DNA of 62,859 nt from the IMG/VR virus record IMGVR_UViG_3300025389_001457, positions 1-62,859 of that record; one strand, written 5' to 3'. The stretch is from a virus. Its lineage: Duplodnaviria; Caudoviricetes. Positions 1 to 9,708 of this stretch are shown here, piece by piece (the first letter of the stretch is position 1; every line of letters begins with the position of its first letter). Under the pieces are notes generated by a model that saw nothing but the letters and a program-made list of their open reading frames with translations, was not told the origin of the DNA and made no database searches. A program made the translations under genes and the position numbers.

Positions 1-553
1 AGTTGAACTATTGCAACAGCATGAAGATAGAGGCTATATTGGCAATCTGCACAGCACACCACGAAGAATTTTGTACCCACATTATCAATATCCATTTATT
101 AGTAATATTGATGAATTAACAAAAGAGAGCAGTGATGTTGATGATAAAAAAATATTTTTAGCACCTGTGCATAATGCATATTATAGCGATACATTTTTAA
201 GCGTTTATGGCGAAACCATTGAATATGGCAATAGCATAGTGGTTACTGAAAAAACTTATACAGCACTTATAAAAGGTCATTTTATATTGCCATTTAGTAA
301 TTATGGATTTTTAGCAAGATTAAAATCTTGTGGATTTGTTTTGCCACAATTTATTAATTATGAATATGATTCAATTAAAGATGCCGATACGCGATTTGTT
401 GCATATATTGATGAATTGAACCGCTTGCTATCATTAGACTTGGATACTTGGAAACAGCATTGGAATGATAATTTGCATTTGTTGTTGCACAATCAACGAA
501 TCTTTCATAACAGACCATATGACCGAATTGATTTAAGTAAATTAAAAACTTGA
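1..553 (+). CDS. 'E...TEK' family putative glycosyltransferase-like protein (5' partial)
   Basis: ETIEY..VVTEKTY..L..G..F..I..EYD motif block shared with 9709 and 34304; probably begins upstream of the window. Confidence 0.5.
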   Translation, partial: VELLQQHEDRGYIGNLHSTPRRILYPHYQYPFISNIDELTKESSDVDDKKIFLAPVHNAYYSDTFLSVYGETIEYGNSIVVTEKTYTALIKGHFILPFSNYGFLARLKSCGFVLPQFINYEYDSIKDADTRFVAYIDELNRLLSLDLDTWKQHWNDNLHLLLHNQRIFHNRPYDRIDLSKLKT

Positions 554-577
554 CATTATATTTTATTGTGTTATATT
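550..577 (+). promoter_or_regulatory. sigma70-like promoter TTGACA-N16-TATATT
   Basis: ttgacattatattttattgtgttatatt; ATG follows at 584. Confidence 0.65.
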
Positions 578-583
578 GATAAT

Positions 584-1135
584 ATGATGAAACATAGAGA
601 TATAATGATCGATATCGAGACGTTAGGCAATACACCTGACGCCACAGTTTTAACCATTGCTGGCATTGCCTTTGATCGTATGGGCAATTATGGCAGTATA
701 GCAGACCCTACTACACTGGATTATTTCTACTGCAGAGTAGATGTAGAATCGCAAAAGCGCGAAATCAATGAAGATACAGTTCAATGGTGGGCAAAACAAA
801 CAGACGAAGCAAAGGCAGAAGCTTTTGCAGAAGATAATCGTTTGCCACTAAGTGAAGCAATGCGTGGTCTCAATGCTTGGGCAGCGGGCGCTGATCGTTA
901 TTGGGCAAATGGTGTAGGTTTTGATTTTAATATTCTTGAGAGTTGCAATCGACAATTAGGCTATAATAGTGCTTGGCATTTTTGGCAAGTTTTAGATGCT
1001 CGCACAATCTACAAGTTAGTTCCTGACCACTTTATTCCACAGAATAACAAACACCATGCACTGTGGGATTGCTTATCGCAGATACAACGACTAACCGAAT
1101 GTTTCCATAAGTTAGGCGTATATCCAAATAAGTAA
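584..1135 (+). CDS. DEDDh 3'-5' exonuclease/exoribonuclease
   Basis: MIDIETLG, WANG..FD, HHALWDC motifs. Confidence 0.85.
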   Translation: MMKHRDIMIDIETLGNTPDATVLTIAGIAFDRMGNYGSIADPTTLDYFYCRVDVESQKREINEDTVQWWAKQTDEAKAEAFAEDNRLPLSEAMRGLNAWAAGADRYWANGVGFDFNILESCNRQLGYNSAWHFWQVLDARTIYKLVPDHFIPQNNKHHALWDCLSQIQRLTECFHKLGVYPNK

Positions 1136-1138
1136 GCA

Positions 1139-2173
1139 ATGTTTGATAAGCAGCAAATTTTTGACTTACTTAAAAAAGATAAATCTAGTTGGCTAACGGC
1201 ACATTGTGATGTGCCGTTTAATACTATAAGCATAGATTATAATGGCGACATATATCAATGTACATGCAGCGATTGGTTGCCAAAAAAATTAACTAACATT
1301 TTAAACTGCGCAAACAAAGAAGAATTTTTAAAATTGCTTGATAGCAATCCTGTTAAAGATAGTATTTTAGATCGCAGTCACAGATATTGTCTTGGCATTA
1401 AATGTCCAGCATTACAAGGCGAGTATAGCCAGCCTAAATCATATTTTACTGATTATAAAACTGTCATTGACGAAGGAATAGAATTTTTACATCTGAATAT
1501 AGATAATAGTTGCAATCTTGCTTGTCCAACTTGTCGTAACAGCACTATTATTAATAAAAATAATGAACCGTATCAGTCACGTTTGCAAAATATTTTGGAT
1601 AAAATTGATGAATATTTTTTTAATCCACAAACAATTAAAGTTATTCATTGTGTTGGAAACGGTGAATTTTTAAGCAGCAAGCTATTAGTAGATTGGTTAT
1701 TAGAAAAAAGTAAGTTAGATATTAAATTTGCTTTACAAACTAATGGCACACTTCTTTATAAAAATCAAACAAAAATTTCCGCTATCTTAAAAAAGACCAA
1801 AGAGTTATATATTAGTATTGATGCAAGCAATAGCGAGTTATATTCTGCAGTGCGATTGAATGGCTCGTGGAATGATTTGTTAAAAAGTTTAAATTGGATT
1901 AAATTTTTCTCCAAATATAACAACATTGAAATTAGTTATAACTTTACAGTTAGTAATGCCAACTATCATGATATGTTAAACTTTATTGCATTTGCGCAAT
2001 CATATGATGTACATAAAGTTTATTTTAGCAAAGTAGATCGCTGGCCACATATTAGTGATGAGCAATGGAAATCTATGAATGTCTTTAATGCATCTCATCC
2101 AAACAACAAACACTTATTGCAAATTTTAGAAAATGATGCATTTAATTTGCCATTTGTACAAAAAAACTTTTGA
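1139..2173 (+). CDS. radical SAM protein with N-terminal SPASM/twitch-like Cys cluster
   Basis: CNLACPTC (CxxxCxxC), GNGE, QTNG, ISIDA; N-terminal C..PF....I..NG.I..C. Confidence 0.85.
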   Translation: MFDKQQIFDLLKKDKSSWLTAHCDVPFNTISIDYNGDIYQCTCSDWLPKKLTNILNCANKEEFLKLLDSNPVKDSILDRSHRYCLGIKCPALQGEYSQPKSYFTDYKTVIDEGIEFLHLNIDNSCNLACPTCRNSTIINKNNEPYQSRLQNILDKIDEYFFNPQTIKVIHCVGNGEFLSSKLLVDWLLEKSKLDIKFALQTNGTLLYKNQTKISAILKKTKELYISIDASNSELYSAVRLNGSWNDLLKSLNWIKFFSKYNNIEISYNFTVSNANYHDMLNFIAFAQSYDVHKVYFSKVDRWPHISDEQWKSMNVFNASHPNNKHLLQILENDAFNLPFVQKNF

Positions 2174-2234
2174 CAAAATTACAAAATTAGTATATAAATA
2201 ATTCTTCAAACTGCTATTAATCAAGGAGACTGGC

Positions 2235-2597
2235 ATGAGCAAAACTTGGGGCTACCACCTACTATTAGACTGCACCGCTGGCGATAAGGAACTTATCGGA
2301 TCAAAGGAAAATATCTATAACTTTATCAAGGAACTAGTTGTTGTTATTGACATGACAGCATTTGGCGAACCTTGGATTGAGCGTTTCGCAACGCATGCGG
2401 CAGACAAGGCTGGCTATAGTCTTTGTCAGATGATTGAGACATCAAACATCACTGGTCACTTCTGTGATAATGATGGCAATTTCTATATTGACGTATTCTC
2501 ATGCAAGCCATTTGAAAATGAACTTGTGTTCTCTACTGTGGAAAAGTATTTTAAGCCACAGAAGATTCGTCATCACTATATTTCACGTGATGCTTAA
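2235..2597 (+). CDS. speD: S-adenosylmethionine decarboxylase proenzyme
   Basis: GYHLLLD, IETSNITGH, YIDVFSCK; SD AAGGAG and upstream TAAATA. Confidence 0.85.
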   Translation: MSKTWGYHLLLDCTAGDKELIGSKENIYNFIKELVVVIDMTAFGEPWIERFATHAADKAGYSLCQMIETSNITGHFCDNDGNFYIDVFSCKPFENELVFSTVEKYFKPQKIRHHYISRDA

Positions 2598-2601
2598 TGC
2601 G

Positions 2602-2626
2602 AAGGGGGCTTTTAGCCCCCTTTTTT
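2602..2626. terminator. bidirectional intrinsic terminator
   Basis: AAGGGGGCT-ttt-AGCCCCCTT plus T tract between convergent genes. Confidence 0.8.
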
Positions 2627-3995
2627 ATTTCACATAAAAACCAGGTAGTCCGCTGTTTGGAGCATCGGCATACGAAGTAAATTCAAAGGTTATTCTACCT
2701 GTAGCAAGTTGTCTATTAGGCCAAACAACACTAAAATTTAAACCTTTTTTACTATCTTTAGCAAAAATTTGAATAAAGTTTTGCTGTAATATTTCACGAG
2801 CTAGTGGTTCCCAATTAGGTAGCGCATTATTAATATTGATAGCTGCCTTTAAATCTTTAAGGCAAAGATAATGCATTATGCCTCCAGGCGTTGCAGTTTG
2901 ACTTTTAATTTTAGATATATCATGTTTGCTTAAAAATGTTCTAAATCTTTTAGGCATATCAACTATATTTTTGCGACTATATTTTTTAGAATCCATCCAT
3001 TCTGTTGTAATTAATACTATTTCTTCTCTGGTAAAAGGAGACATTCTAGCTAATTTACCCATACTTTCTGGAGCAACAGCAAGAATATAATTAAAAAGTA
3101 GGAACGGAACCACAAGACTTGCGGTACCGAGTGACTTCTCTGGATTTTGAATAATTTTTAAAAATTTTACTTCTTTTGCAAACTTTCTACTATTAATTAA
3201 ATTACCAGGTATTTTCAAATTTACAAGAGAAGGTGCATTGCCTTTTGATCCACCTTTGCTACTAATATAAATTTCATTACCTGCCGCGTTTTTAAAATAA
3301 CCAATACTATCACCCAATGGCGCATTTTTTTCTCGTGGAAAATAAAGAGAAATACTATTAAAACTTCTAGTGTCCATATGGTCCAAAAATGCATCGGCTG
3401 TTGGAAAATCTGCAATGCCTTTTACTAATGCAAGAACTCCCAAATATTCGCCAGCATAATCTCTGATTGCTGGTTTATATTCTGGTTTAATCGAAACCCA
3501 GCTTGCAGTAGAACCTTGTCTTATATCCTCTGCCAATTTCATTACATCTCTGCCAATTTCAGTGCTTGCAAGAACTTGGTTATTAATAACTTCATCAAAA
3601 ATAGCGGAGGCACGAAATTTTCGATCACGAAAAATATCGCTTGGTTTAATAACAAAACTTTCTTTTGTTTCTGCGTATATATCACCAATAGCAACTTTTT
3701 CAAAAGCTAAATCTGGTGTTTTAAATAATTGACCTAATGACAATGTTTCACCATTAGTGCCAACAATTTTTATCTGATTTGCTTTAGTTTGTGGATTTGT
3801 AAGTAATTCTTTTAATTCTTCGTACTGACTTTTATCAGCAATAAATTCAGTTTTCTGATCTTTTTTTAAAAAAGGACTTCCTATATGAATTTTTTCTAAA
3901 AACCTATCAACTCTCCACGGATGTTTTTTAATTTCTGGCAAACTTAAATTTGCCTCATCTAGTATATTTTCAATTAAAAATTCATTTGCTCTCAT
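2625..3995 (-). CDS. putative virion-packaged protein with PD-(D/E)xK-like nuclease motif
   Basis: Start MRANEFLIENILDEA (CTS-like) overlaps the stop of the upstream gene; PLGDS...YISSKGG resembles a variant PD-(D/E)xK site. Confidence 0.5.
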   Translation of the reverse strand: MRANEFLIENILDEANLSLPEIKKHPWRVDRFLEKIHIGSPFLKKDQKTEFIADKSQYEELKELLTNPQTKANQIKIVGTNGETLSLGQLFKTPDLAFEKVAIGDIYAETKESFVIKPSDIFRDRKFRASAIFDEVINNQVLASTEIGRDVMKLAEDIRQGSTASWVSIKPEYKPAIRDYAGEYLGVLALVKGIADFPTADAFLDHMDTRSFNSISLYFPREKNAPLGDSIGYFKNAAGNEIYISSKGGSKGNAPSLVNLKIPGNLINSRKFAKEVKFLKIIQNPEKSLGTASLVVPFLLFNYILAVAPESMGKLARMSPFTREEIVLITTEWMDSKKYSRKNIVDMPKRFRTFLSKHDISKIKSQTATPGGIMHYLCLKDLKAAININNALPNWEPLAREILQQNFIQIFAKDSKKGLNFSVVWPNRQLATGRITFEFTSYADAPNSGLPGFYVK

Positions 3996-4717
3996 CTTCT
4001 TTCTTCCCAATTTGGGTCATTGCGTATATCAGCTAATATTCTTTGTGCTTGATCTTGCGGCATAGCGCCAAGAATAGCTTCTACACTGCCTAAATCTTTT
4101 CCGCTTGCATTTTGACCTATTAATGTTTTAGCAACCGTATCAATATCATTACTTATAAATTCACCTTTTTTGCCGCTTTCATCACGCTTAAACAAACCTT
4201 GCCATGGACTCCATAGCATACCACGTTGTTTGGCAAGTAGGGTCATAAGCAATATTTTATTCTTACCTTTGTATGGGCTTCCTTGTGGTATGCTATGCAC
4301 ATGAAATTTAGAAATAGTGCTAGCTTGTGGCGTGACCATAATATCAGTTTGCGCTTTTGCACCATCGGGTAGGGGAATAAGGATATGCACATTAATGCCG
4401 CTTTGTGCAGTTTCAAAACCTAATCCACGCAAATAATCTGCAAGTGCTTTGCGAGCAGTTTTTGCATCATTTTGTTTGAACACTTTTTTTACAGATTCTT
4501 CATCTGCCATTACATCAAAGTCGCCACTCATCTTACCAGCAGTTGGTGTTGCGCCACTGCCGACAGGTATAACAGTAATACCTGTTTTGCCAAGCGCCTT
4601 ATTAACCATATCAACTATATTTTTGGCATATTTTTGATCAAATTGTGTAGCAGCAGCAAACATGTTGCCGCCTTCCAACAATAGTTTTGATTCTACAATA
4701 AACTCACGACTGCGCAT
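3992..4717 (-). CDS. Pol-beta-superfamily nucleotidyltransferase-like protein with CTS-like N-terminus
   Basis: MRSREFIVESKLLLEGGN; GSG...SGDFD and QTD acidic triad. Confidence 0.65.
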   Translation of the reverse strand: MRSREFIVESKLLLEGGNMFAAATQFDQKYAKNIVDMVNKALGKTGITVIPVGSGATPTAGKMSGDFDVMADEESVKKVFKQNDAKTARKALADYLRGLGFETAQSGINVHILIPLPDGAKAQTDIMVTPQASTISKFHVHSIPQGSPYKGKNKILLMTLLAKQRGMLWSPWQGLFKRDESGKKGEFISNDIDTVAKTLIGQNASGKDLGSVEAILGAMPQDQAQRILADIRNDPNWEERR

Positions 4718-4732
4718 AGGGTATTTATTGAA

Positions 4733-5359
4733 TTAGTGCTGTGCCTGACTAATTGCTGCGCCAAGTGCTGCACCAATCATAACACCAATAGCAAGTGCGG
4801 CCCCATCATTGCCGCCACCACGATTTGGTTCATAATAACCACGTGGCATTTCACGATGATGACCTCTTTGATACATCATTGCTCTTTGACGTTCCCAATT
4901 TGCTTGGTTCTGCATCTGCATCTGTTGTGCCTGAAATGGCGACATACGCATAAACATGTCATGTGCTTGCGCAGGCGTTGCTTGTGCTAAGCTACTTGCA
5001 ACAGCCAATGCTGCTGCAATCTTAACACTGTTGTTTTTCCAATTACTGCCACCTTTTTTTGCCATTTCAGTTTCAATGGCATCAGCAGCTTCATCACCTT
5101 GTTTAGCACGAACTTGTGCTAATACATTATCAAACTTTTGTGTAATACTTGGTAGGATATTTTTTGCACTACTCTTTACTTTATCAGCAAAGTTTGCAGC
5201 TTTATCTTTTATAGTATCTAAAACGCCTTCATCAAGCTGTTCGCTTTCAACCATTACTCCACGAATCAGTTCTAATACTTCGCTGTCCATGCGATGGTTG
5301 ATTTCAAGTCCTTCAAGGACTAACATTGTATATCTGATATCGTTGTTCATGGTGGGCAA
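4733..5359 (-). CDS. hypothetical membrane-associated protein (internal signal-like segment and C-terminal glycine zipper)
   Basis: QLDEG motif, KIAAALAVASSLAQATPAQA, GAALAIGVMIGAALGAAI. Confidence 0.55.
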   Translation of the reverse strand: MPTMNNDIRYTMLVLEGLEINHRMDSEVLELIRGVMVESEQLDEGVLDTIKDKAANFADKVKSSAKNILPSITQKFDNVLAQVRAKQGDEAADAIETEMAKKGGSNWKNNSVKIAAALAVASSLAQATPAQAHDMFMRMSPFQAQQMQMQNQANWERQRAMMYQRGHHREMPRGYYEPNRGGGNDGAALAIGVMIGAALGAAISQAQH

Positions 5360-5373
5360 TCTCCTACAATTAT

Positions 5374-6588
5374 TTAGGAGATTACTATCGCTGGGAAATA
5401 CTTGATGAACACATCGCCTTTGAAATTACGAACCTTACGAATGCGTCCTACAATCTCGTCAAAGAAGTTCCATGCTAACGGCACAAAGCAAATTTCACGA
5501 TCTGGATATTTTTTAAGTTCATCAATGGTAACAACAGGTATGCTCATGCCTGGCGTATATTTGCCTTGCTTGAGCGGATTATCATCAATAATAAAGTCCA
5601 TATCAATGTTACCAAAGTTGAGTATCGTATTGCCCTTTGCAGGTGCTCCATAACCTACAATCAGCCGCTGGTGAGCCTTACGCTGCCCGTCTAAGACCAT
5701 AGAAAGGTCATTGACTGTGCGTCTTGCACCATCTGCCCATGCTTGATAAGTTGTGTAATCATGTAGCCCTTGAATACGTTCCCAATCAAGATATGAGGAT
5801 ATACGAGCAGGACTGTGCTGGTCCGTTGAGAACACAAAGATATTACTGCCACCATGAATAGTGCCTTTGAACACATCAATCATGTTTAGGCCAACGCTAT
5901 TAGCAAGTGTATATAAACTTTTCACACTAAAGAAGTTACGATGTTCATGATAAATGGTATCAAATTCATTATTCTGAATCATATCACTCTGCGAATTTTG
6001 AATAAACAACAGCGTGTTAGGATTCATAATATTGCGACACAATTTTAAAAATGTCTCTGGATCATCCTGATGCGCAAATACATTTTGTGCGTAAATGATA
6101 TCGGGTGTCTTGCCTACTTTGAGTAGTGCTTCTGGTGTCAAGAAATCACAAATAATCTTATGATTTTTAGAAGAGATTGGATAGATGTTTTCAGCAGGAT
6201 CAATGCCAATGGTTTCTAATCCATGCTTCTTAAAATAGTTTAGCTGGGTGCCATCATTGCAGCCAATTTCTAAAACTTTACGAGGCTTGACATCTGGAAA
6301 ATATTCCATGACAAAATCTGCAAACCATGCAAAATAATTCTGCATAGTGAGACTAGTGCCACTGACATAAAGATAATTCTTAAATATAATATTTGCATCC
6401 ACTGCATGCGTTAATTGTAGATGCGAACAGTCGCCGCAATAATTAACCGCAAGTGGATAAGTGTTTTCAGGCTCCGCAACCGTTGCCTTGAAACTATTGG
6501 CAAGCGGTTGGGAACCTAAGTCTAGCGTAAGTTTAAGGTTATGATTGCCGCAGCATAAGCAACGGCGTAGAGGTTTGCAATCGGTCAT
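5374..6588 (-). CDS. NDP-sugar C-methyltransferase (Zn-binding, SAM-dependent)
   Basis: CLCCG..LDLG.QPLAN, EIGCNDG, FDTIYHEH, HGGS, YGAPAKG, DDNPLKQG. Confidence 0.9.
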   Translation of the reverse strand: MTDCKPLRRCLCCGNHNLKLTLDLGSQPLANSFKATVAEPENTYPLAVNYCGDCSHLQLTHAVDANIIFKNYLYVSGTSLTMQNYFAWFADFVMEYFPDVKPRKVLEIGCNDGTQLNYFKKHGLETIGIDPAENIYPISSKNHKIICDFLTPEALLKVGKTPDIIYAQNVFAHQDDPETFLKLCRNIMNPNTLLFIQNSQSDMIQNNEFDTIYHEHRNFFSVKSLYTLANSVGLNMIDVFKGTIHGGSNIFVFSTDQHSPARISSYLDWERIQGLHDYTTYQAWADGARRTVNDLSMVLDGQRKAHQRLIVGYGAPAKGNTILNFGNIDMDFIIDDNPLKQGKYTPGMSIPVVTIDELKKYPDREICFVPLAWNFFDEIVGRIRKVRNFKGDVFIKYFPAIVIS

Positions 6589-6598
6589 ATGGTAGTTA

Positions 6599-6820
6599 TT
6601 ACAGTCCGATCATCTTGCTAAAATATTTGAAGCCACCACCACGATAGTCCTCTACAAGATAGTCTGCGAGGATTTCAAAGCGGATAGCCGCATCTTGATC
6701 GCCACACTTTTCCAAATCGTTCTTAGCTTCTTTTAAGAACTTGATAAGCGACGTAAGGGAAACCTTGTCGCTATCGACGAGGGCTGCTGCATGGGTCTTG
6801 CCTGCACGTTGGTTACTCAT
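6599..6820 (-). CDS. hypothetical protein
   Basis: ORF with SD GGAG and an upstream TTGACA promoter on the minus strand. Confidence 0.7.
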   Translation of the reverse strand: MSNQRAGKTHAAALVDSDKVSLTSLIKFLKEAKNDLEKCGDQDAAIRFEILADYLVEDYRGGGFKYFSKMIGL

Positions 6821-6889
6821 GGTATTTTCTCCATTGCTAATATACTCATATTATCACATTTATAGGGTTTGTCAAGCAGAAAATAACAC

Positions 6890-6917
6890 TTGACAATCCT
6901 TATTTTTGTGTTATATT
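6890..6917 (+). promoter_or_regulatory. sigma70-like promoter
   Basis: TTGACAatccttatttttgtgtTATATT. Confidence 0.7.
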
Positions 6918-6949
6918 AGGTTAAATGATTCTTACCAGAGGATAAAACA

Positions 6950-7597
6950 ATGAATCCGCAGGCTCCACAAATTCTTAACGATATCGTCGATGCCCTACGT
7001 GGCGCAAATCTTGTTGCCGTTACGGAAGATAACGAGGGTCGTGTCAATAGTAAAAAAGATGAAAATAATGTTATTGAATGGTTAATGGCGCAACCACAAT
7101 TTAATGGCGCAGTTCGTCCTGTTGCGCTACGTGCGTTTGGCGACATGATTGTGACAGATGAAAATGGCACTGACCATTATGTTAATATCAAGACAAGCCG
7201 TGGTTCTAATGATAACGCTTTTTCAAAGCTAGGGTTCTTGTGGGCATTTACCGATTTGCCTATTGAAAAGATGCCTCGTAGCATCGGCAATAACAAATGG
7301 TTTGAACTTATTACCAAGCATCGTGCTAATATTAATCGTGACTATTGGTTCTTAAGTCTTGATAAGAATGATATGAGCCATGTTATTATTCGTGGCGTAA
7401 AACAAATTCAATTTTGGGGTCGCAACCCTACAAACAATCTACAGATTAATTGGCAGAAAGAACACGCCAATGAACTAACATCTTATACATTTGACGAAGC
7501 ATGGCGCAATGTTATCGTTGATGGTGTATTATACTGTTGGGAAAAATATTGCGAAGGCATGCTCAATGGTATAAAGTATCGTCAGGAGAATATTTGA
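6950..7597 (+). CDS. putative type II restriction endonuclease (PD-(D/E)xK variant)
   Basis: E..V...FGDMIV.....YVNIKTS motif; abuts a DNA methyltransferase. Confidence 0.55.
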   Translation: MNPQAPQILNDIVDALRGANLVAVTEDNEGRVNSKKDENNVIEWLMAQPQFNGAVRPVALRAFGDMIVTDENGTDHYVNIKTSRGSNDNAFSKLGFLWAFTDLPIEKMPRSIGNNKWFELITKHRANINRDYWFLSLDKNDMSHVIIRGVKQIQFWGRNPTNNLQINWQKEHANELTSYTFDEAWRNVIVDGVLYCWEKYCEGMLNGIKYRQENI

Positions 7598-8497
7598 ATG
7601 AGTGTCACGCTACACAACGCCAACTGCTTTGATATTTTTGCGCAACTGCCTGATGCCAGTGTTGATATGGTATGTGTTGATCCGCCATATGGAACTACAA
7701 GTATCAAGTGGGACAATGTGTTAAACTTTAGTGATATGTGGGTTGCACTTGAACGTATTGTAAAGCCGAGTGGTAACATTATTATCTTTGGCTCGCAACC
7801 ATTTACAAGTTTAATGATTACCAGCAAGATTGATTGGTTTCGCTATGAACTTATTTGGAACAAGAACAAGTGCGGCAGTCCTGGCTTAGCCAAGATTCGT
7901 CCGCAAAAGGTCCATGAAAACATTATGGTCTTTAGTCGTGAAAGTGGCGCTACCTATAATCCAATTATGGAAAGTGGCGGTGCTTATAAACGTGTAGCCA
8001 AAGACCAAGAAAAAGGTTATGGCAGTGGCATTAATAATCATGGCTATGGATTTGCCAAGAAGCCACTGTTAGGCAGTGAAAACAGTGGCACACGTTATCC
8101 TAAAAGTATTCTTCATGCAAGCCGTAATTTTAGCGCACAACAAACCGTGCATCCAACGCAGAAGCCAACCAACATCTTAAACTGGTTGCTTATGACCTAC
8201 TCAAATGGCGGCGATACTGTTATGGACTTTACAATGGGCAGTGGCAGTTGTGGCGTAAGTGCTGTCATGACAGGTCGTAACTTTATTGGCATTGAGCAAG
8301 ATACCAACTATTATAACATTGCAGTATCACGAATTAACGGCACTACTCCAAATGTAGTGGGCCCACTTGACTTCCAACTAACTACACAAATTCCTGAAAC
8401 AATGAAAACTGTGCCTGATGCTAAGCATGAAGTTGGCGTGTTAGAAAAGCTACGTGGTGGCACAAGCACAGAGCCAGCAGATACTCTATTTGAATAA
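7598..8497 (+). CDS. DNA N4-cytosine/N6-adenine methyltransferase (beta class)
   Basis: DPPY, HPTQKP, DFTMGSGS, FIGIE. Confidence 0.92.
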   Translation: MSVTLHNANCFDIFAQLPDASVDMVCVDPPYGTTSIKWDNVLNFSDMWVALERIVKPSGNIIIFGSQPFTSLMITSKIDWFRYELIWNKNKCGSPGLAKIRPQKVHENIMVFSRESGATYNPIMESGGAYKRVAKDQEKGYGSGINNHGYGFAKKPLLGSENSGTRYPKSILHASRNFSAQQTVHPTQKPTNILNWLLMTYSNGGDTVMDFTMGSGSCGVSAVMTGRNFIGIEQDTNYYNIAVSRINGTTPNVVGPLDFQLTTQIPETMKTVPDAKHEVGVLEKLRGGTSTEPADTLFE

Positions 8498-8501
8498 TTG
8501 C

Positions 8502-8529
8502 TTGACAAAGCAAAATCCTATGTTATATT
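8502..8529 (+). promoter_or_regulatory. sigma70-like promoter
   Basis: TTGACAaagcaaaatcctatgtTATATT. Confidence 0.7.
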
Positions 8530-8551
8530 AGGTCATAGATGGAGAATAGTT

Positions 8552-8998
8552 ATGGCAAAAGTTATCGTTTTTGACATTGATGGCACACTTGCCAACACTG
8601 AACATCGTAAGCATTGGGTTGCAAGCAAGCCTAAGAATTGGGCTGCTTGGAACGCTGGTATGGCTAACGATACTGTTCATACAGAAATTGCGTGGTTACT
8701 CAATCTATGCGATAACAGAAATCATAACACACGCATTATTCTTTGTAGTGGGCGTGGCGAAGAAACTCGTGCTGTAACTGAGCAGTGGTTAGCAGATAAT
8801 GACATCTACTTCGATGCGCTGTATATGCGGCGTGAAAAAGACTATCGCAAGGATAGCATTGTCAAGGTAGAATTGCTTGAACAAATCCGTAGCGACTTTG
8901 GCGAACCTTGGCTGTGGTTTGATGATCGTCAGCAAGTTGTTGATGCTATCCGTGCGTGTGGCGTTCGTGTTTTACAAGTTGCCGAAGGTAATTTCTGA
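8552..8998 (+). CDS. HAD 3'-phosphatase (T4 PseT C-terminal domain-like)
   Basis: DIDGT, SGR, MR..D.R.D..VK, FDDR..VV. Confidence 0.85.
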   Translation: MAKVIVFDIDGTLANTEHRKHWVASKPKNWAAWNAGMANDTVHTEIAWLLNLCDNRNHNTRIILCSGRGEETRAVTEQWLADNDIYFDALYMRREKDYRKDSIVKVELLEQIRSDFGEPWLWFDDRQQVVDAIRACGVRVLQVAEGNF

Positions 8999-8999
8999 T

Positions 9000-9227
9000 A
9001 TGACTACTATTATCCATATCAACCGAAATATTATACAGGCTAACTCTAAGCACAATAAGAGTGAGCCTGTAGTTCGCGTTGAACAAAATGGTGTGGTAAC
9101 ATATTGCATGGAAGTAGATATTAAGGGTCCATCTCGTATGGTGTATAGTCCGCATAAACCACGAAAATGCGGTGCTAAACTTTGGATTGAAACTGATAGT
9201 GAAATTGAAATGATAGGGGTAAAGTAA
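9000..9227 (+). CDS. conserved phage hypothetical protein
   Basis: IHINRN...GPS.MVY.P.KP..CGAK.WIET; coupled to both neighbours. Confidence 0.7.
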   Translation: MTTIIHINRNIIQANSKHNKSEPVVRVEQNGVVTYCMEVDIKGPSRMVYSPHKPRKCGAKLWIETDSEIEMIGVK

Positions 9228-9697
9228 TGCCAAAGCTGTATATGTTAGTAGGTGTGCCAGGCAGTGGTAAATCTACCTGGGTGGCAAATCAAAAGTTTGT
9301 GGATGCTATCATTGCATCAAGTGATGCTTATATCGATACGGTTGCCTCTGCGCAAGGCAAAACCTATAACGATGTTTTCTCACGTGAGATTGGTAGGGCT
9401 ATGGATTTTTGCAAGGCGCAAGTAGCGACTGCTATTGAGTTAGGCAAAGATTTAGTATGGGATCAAACTAATACTATGGCAAAAGGTCGTAAATATAAGT
9501 TAGAGCAGTTTGGTGACGAGTGGCTTAAGATTGCTGTATTCTTTCCTACGCCAGAACTGCCTGAATTAGAGCGGCGTTTAAAGTCACGTGTTGGCAAAGA
9601 TATTCCTCAAAACGTACTACAAGGCATGATAGATGCGCTTCAAGTACCAACTCTTAAGGAAGGGTTTGACGAGATTATAATGCTTGACAAGCCTTGA
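9227..9697 (+). CDS. polynucleotide kinase-like P-loop kinase
   Basis: GVPGSGKST, WDQTN, P...EGFD. Confidence 0.85.
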   Translation: MPKLYMLVGVPGSGKSTWVANQKFVDAIIASSDAYIDTVASAQGKTYNDVFSREIGRAMDFCKAQVATAIELGKDLVWDQTNTMAKGRKYKLEQFGDEWLKIAVFFPTPELPELERRLKSRVGKDIPQNVLQGMIDALQVPTLKEGFDEIIMLDKP

Positions 9698-9708
9698 ATA
9701 AGTAACCG

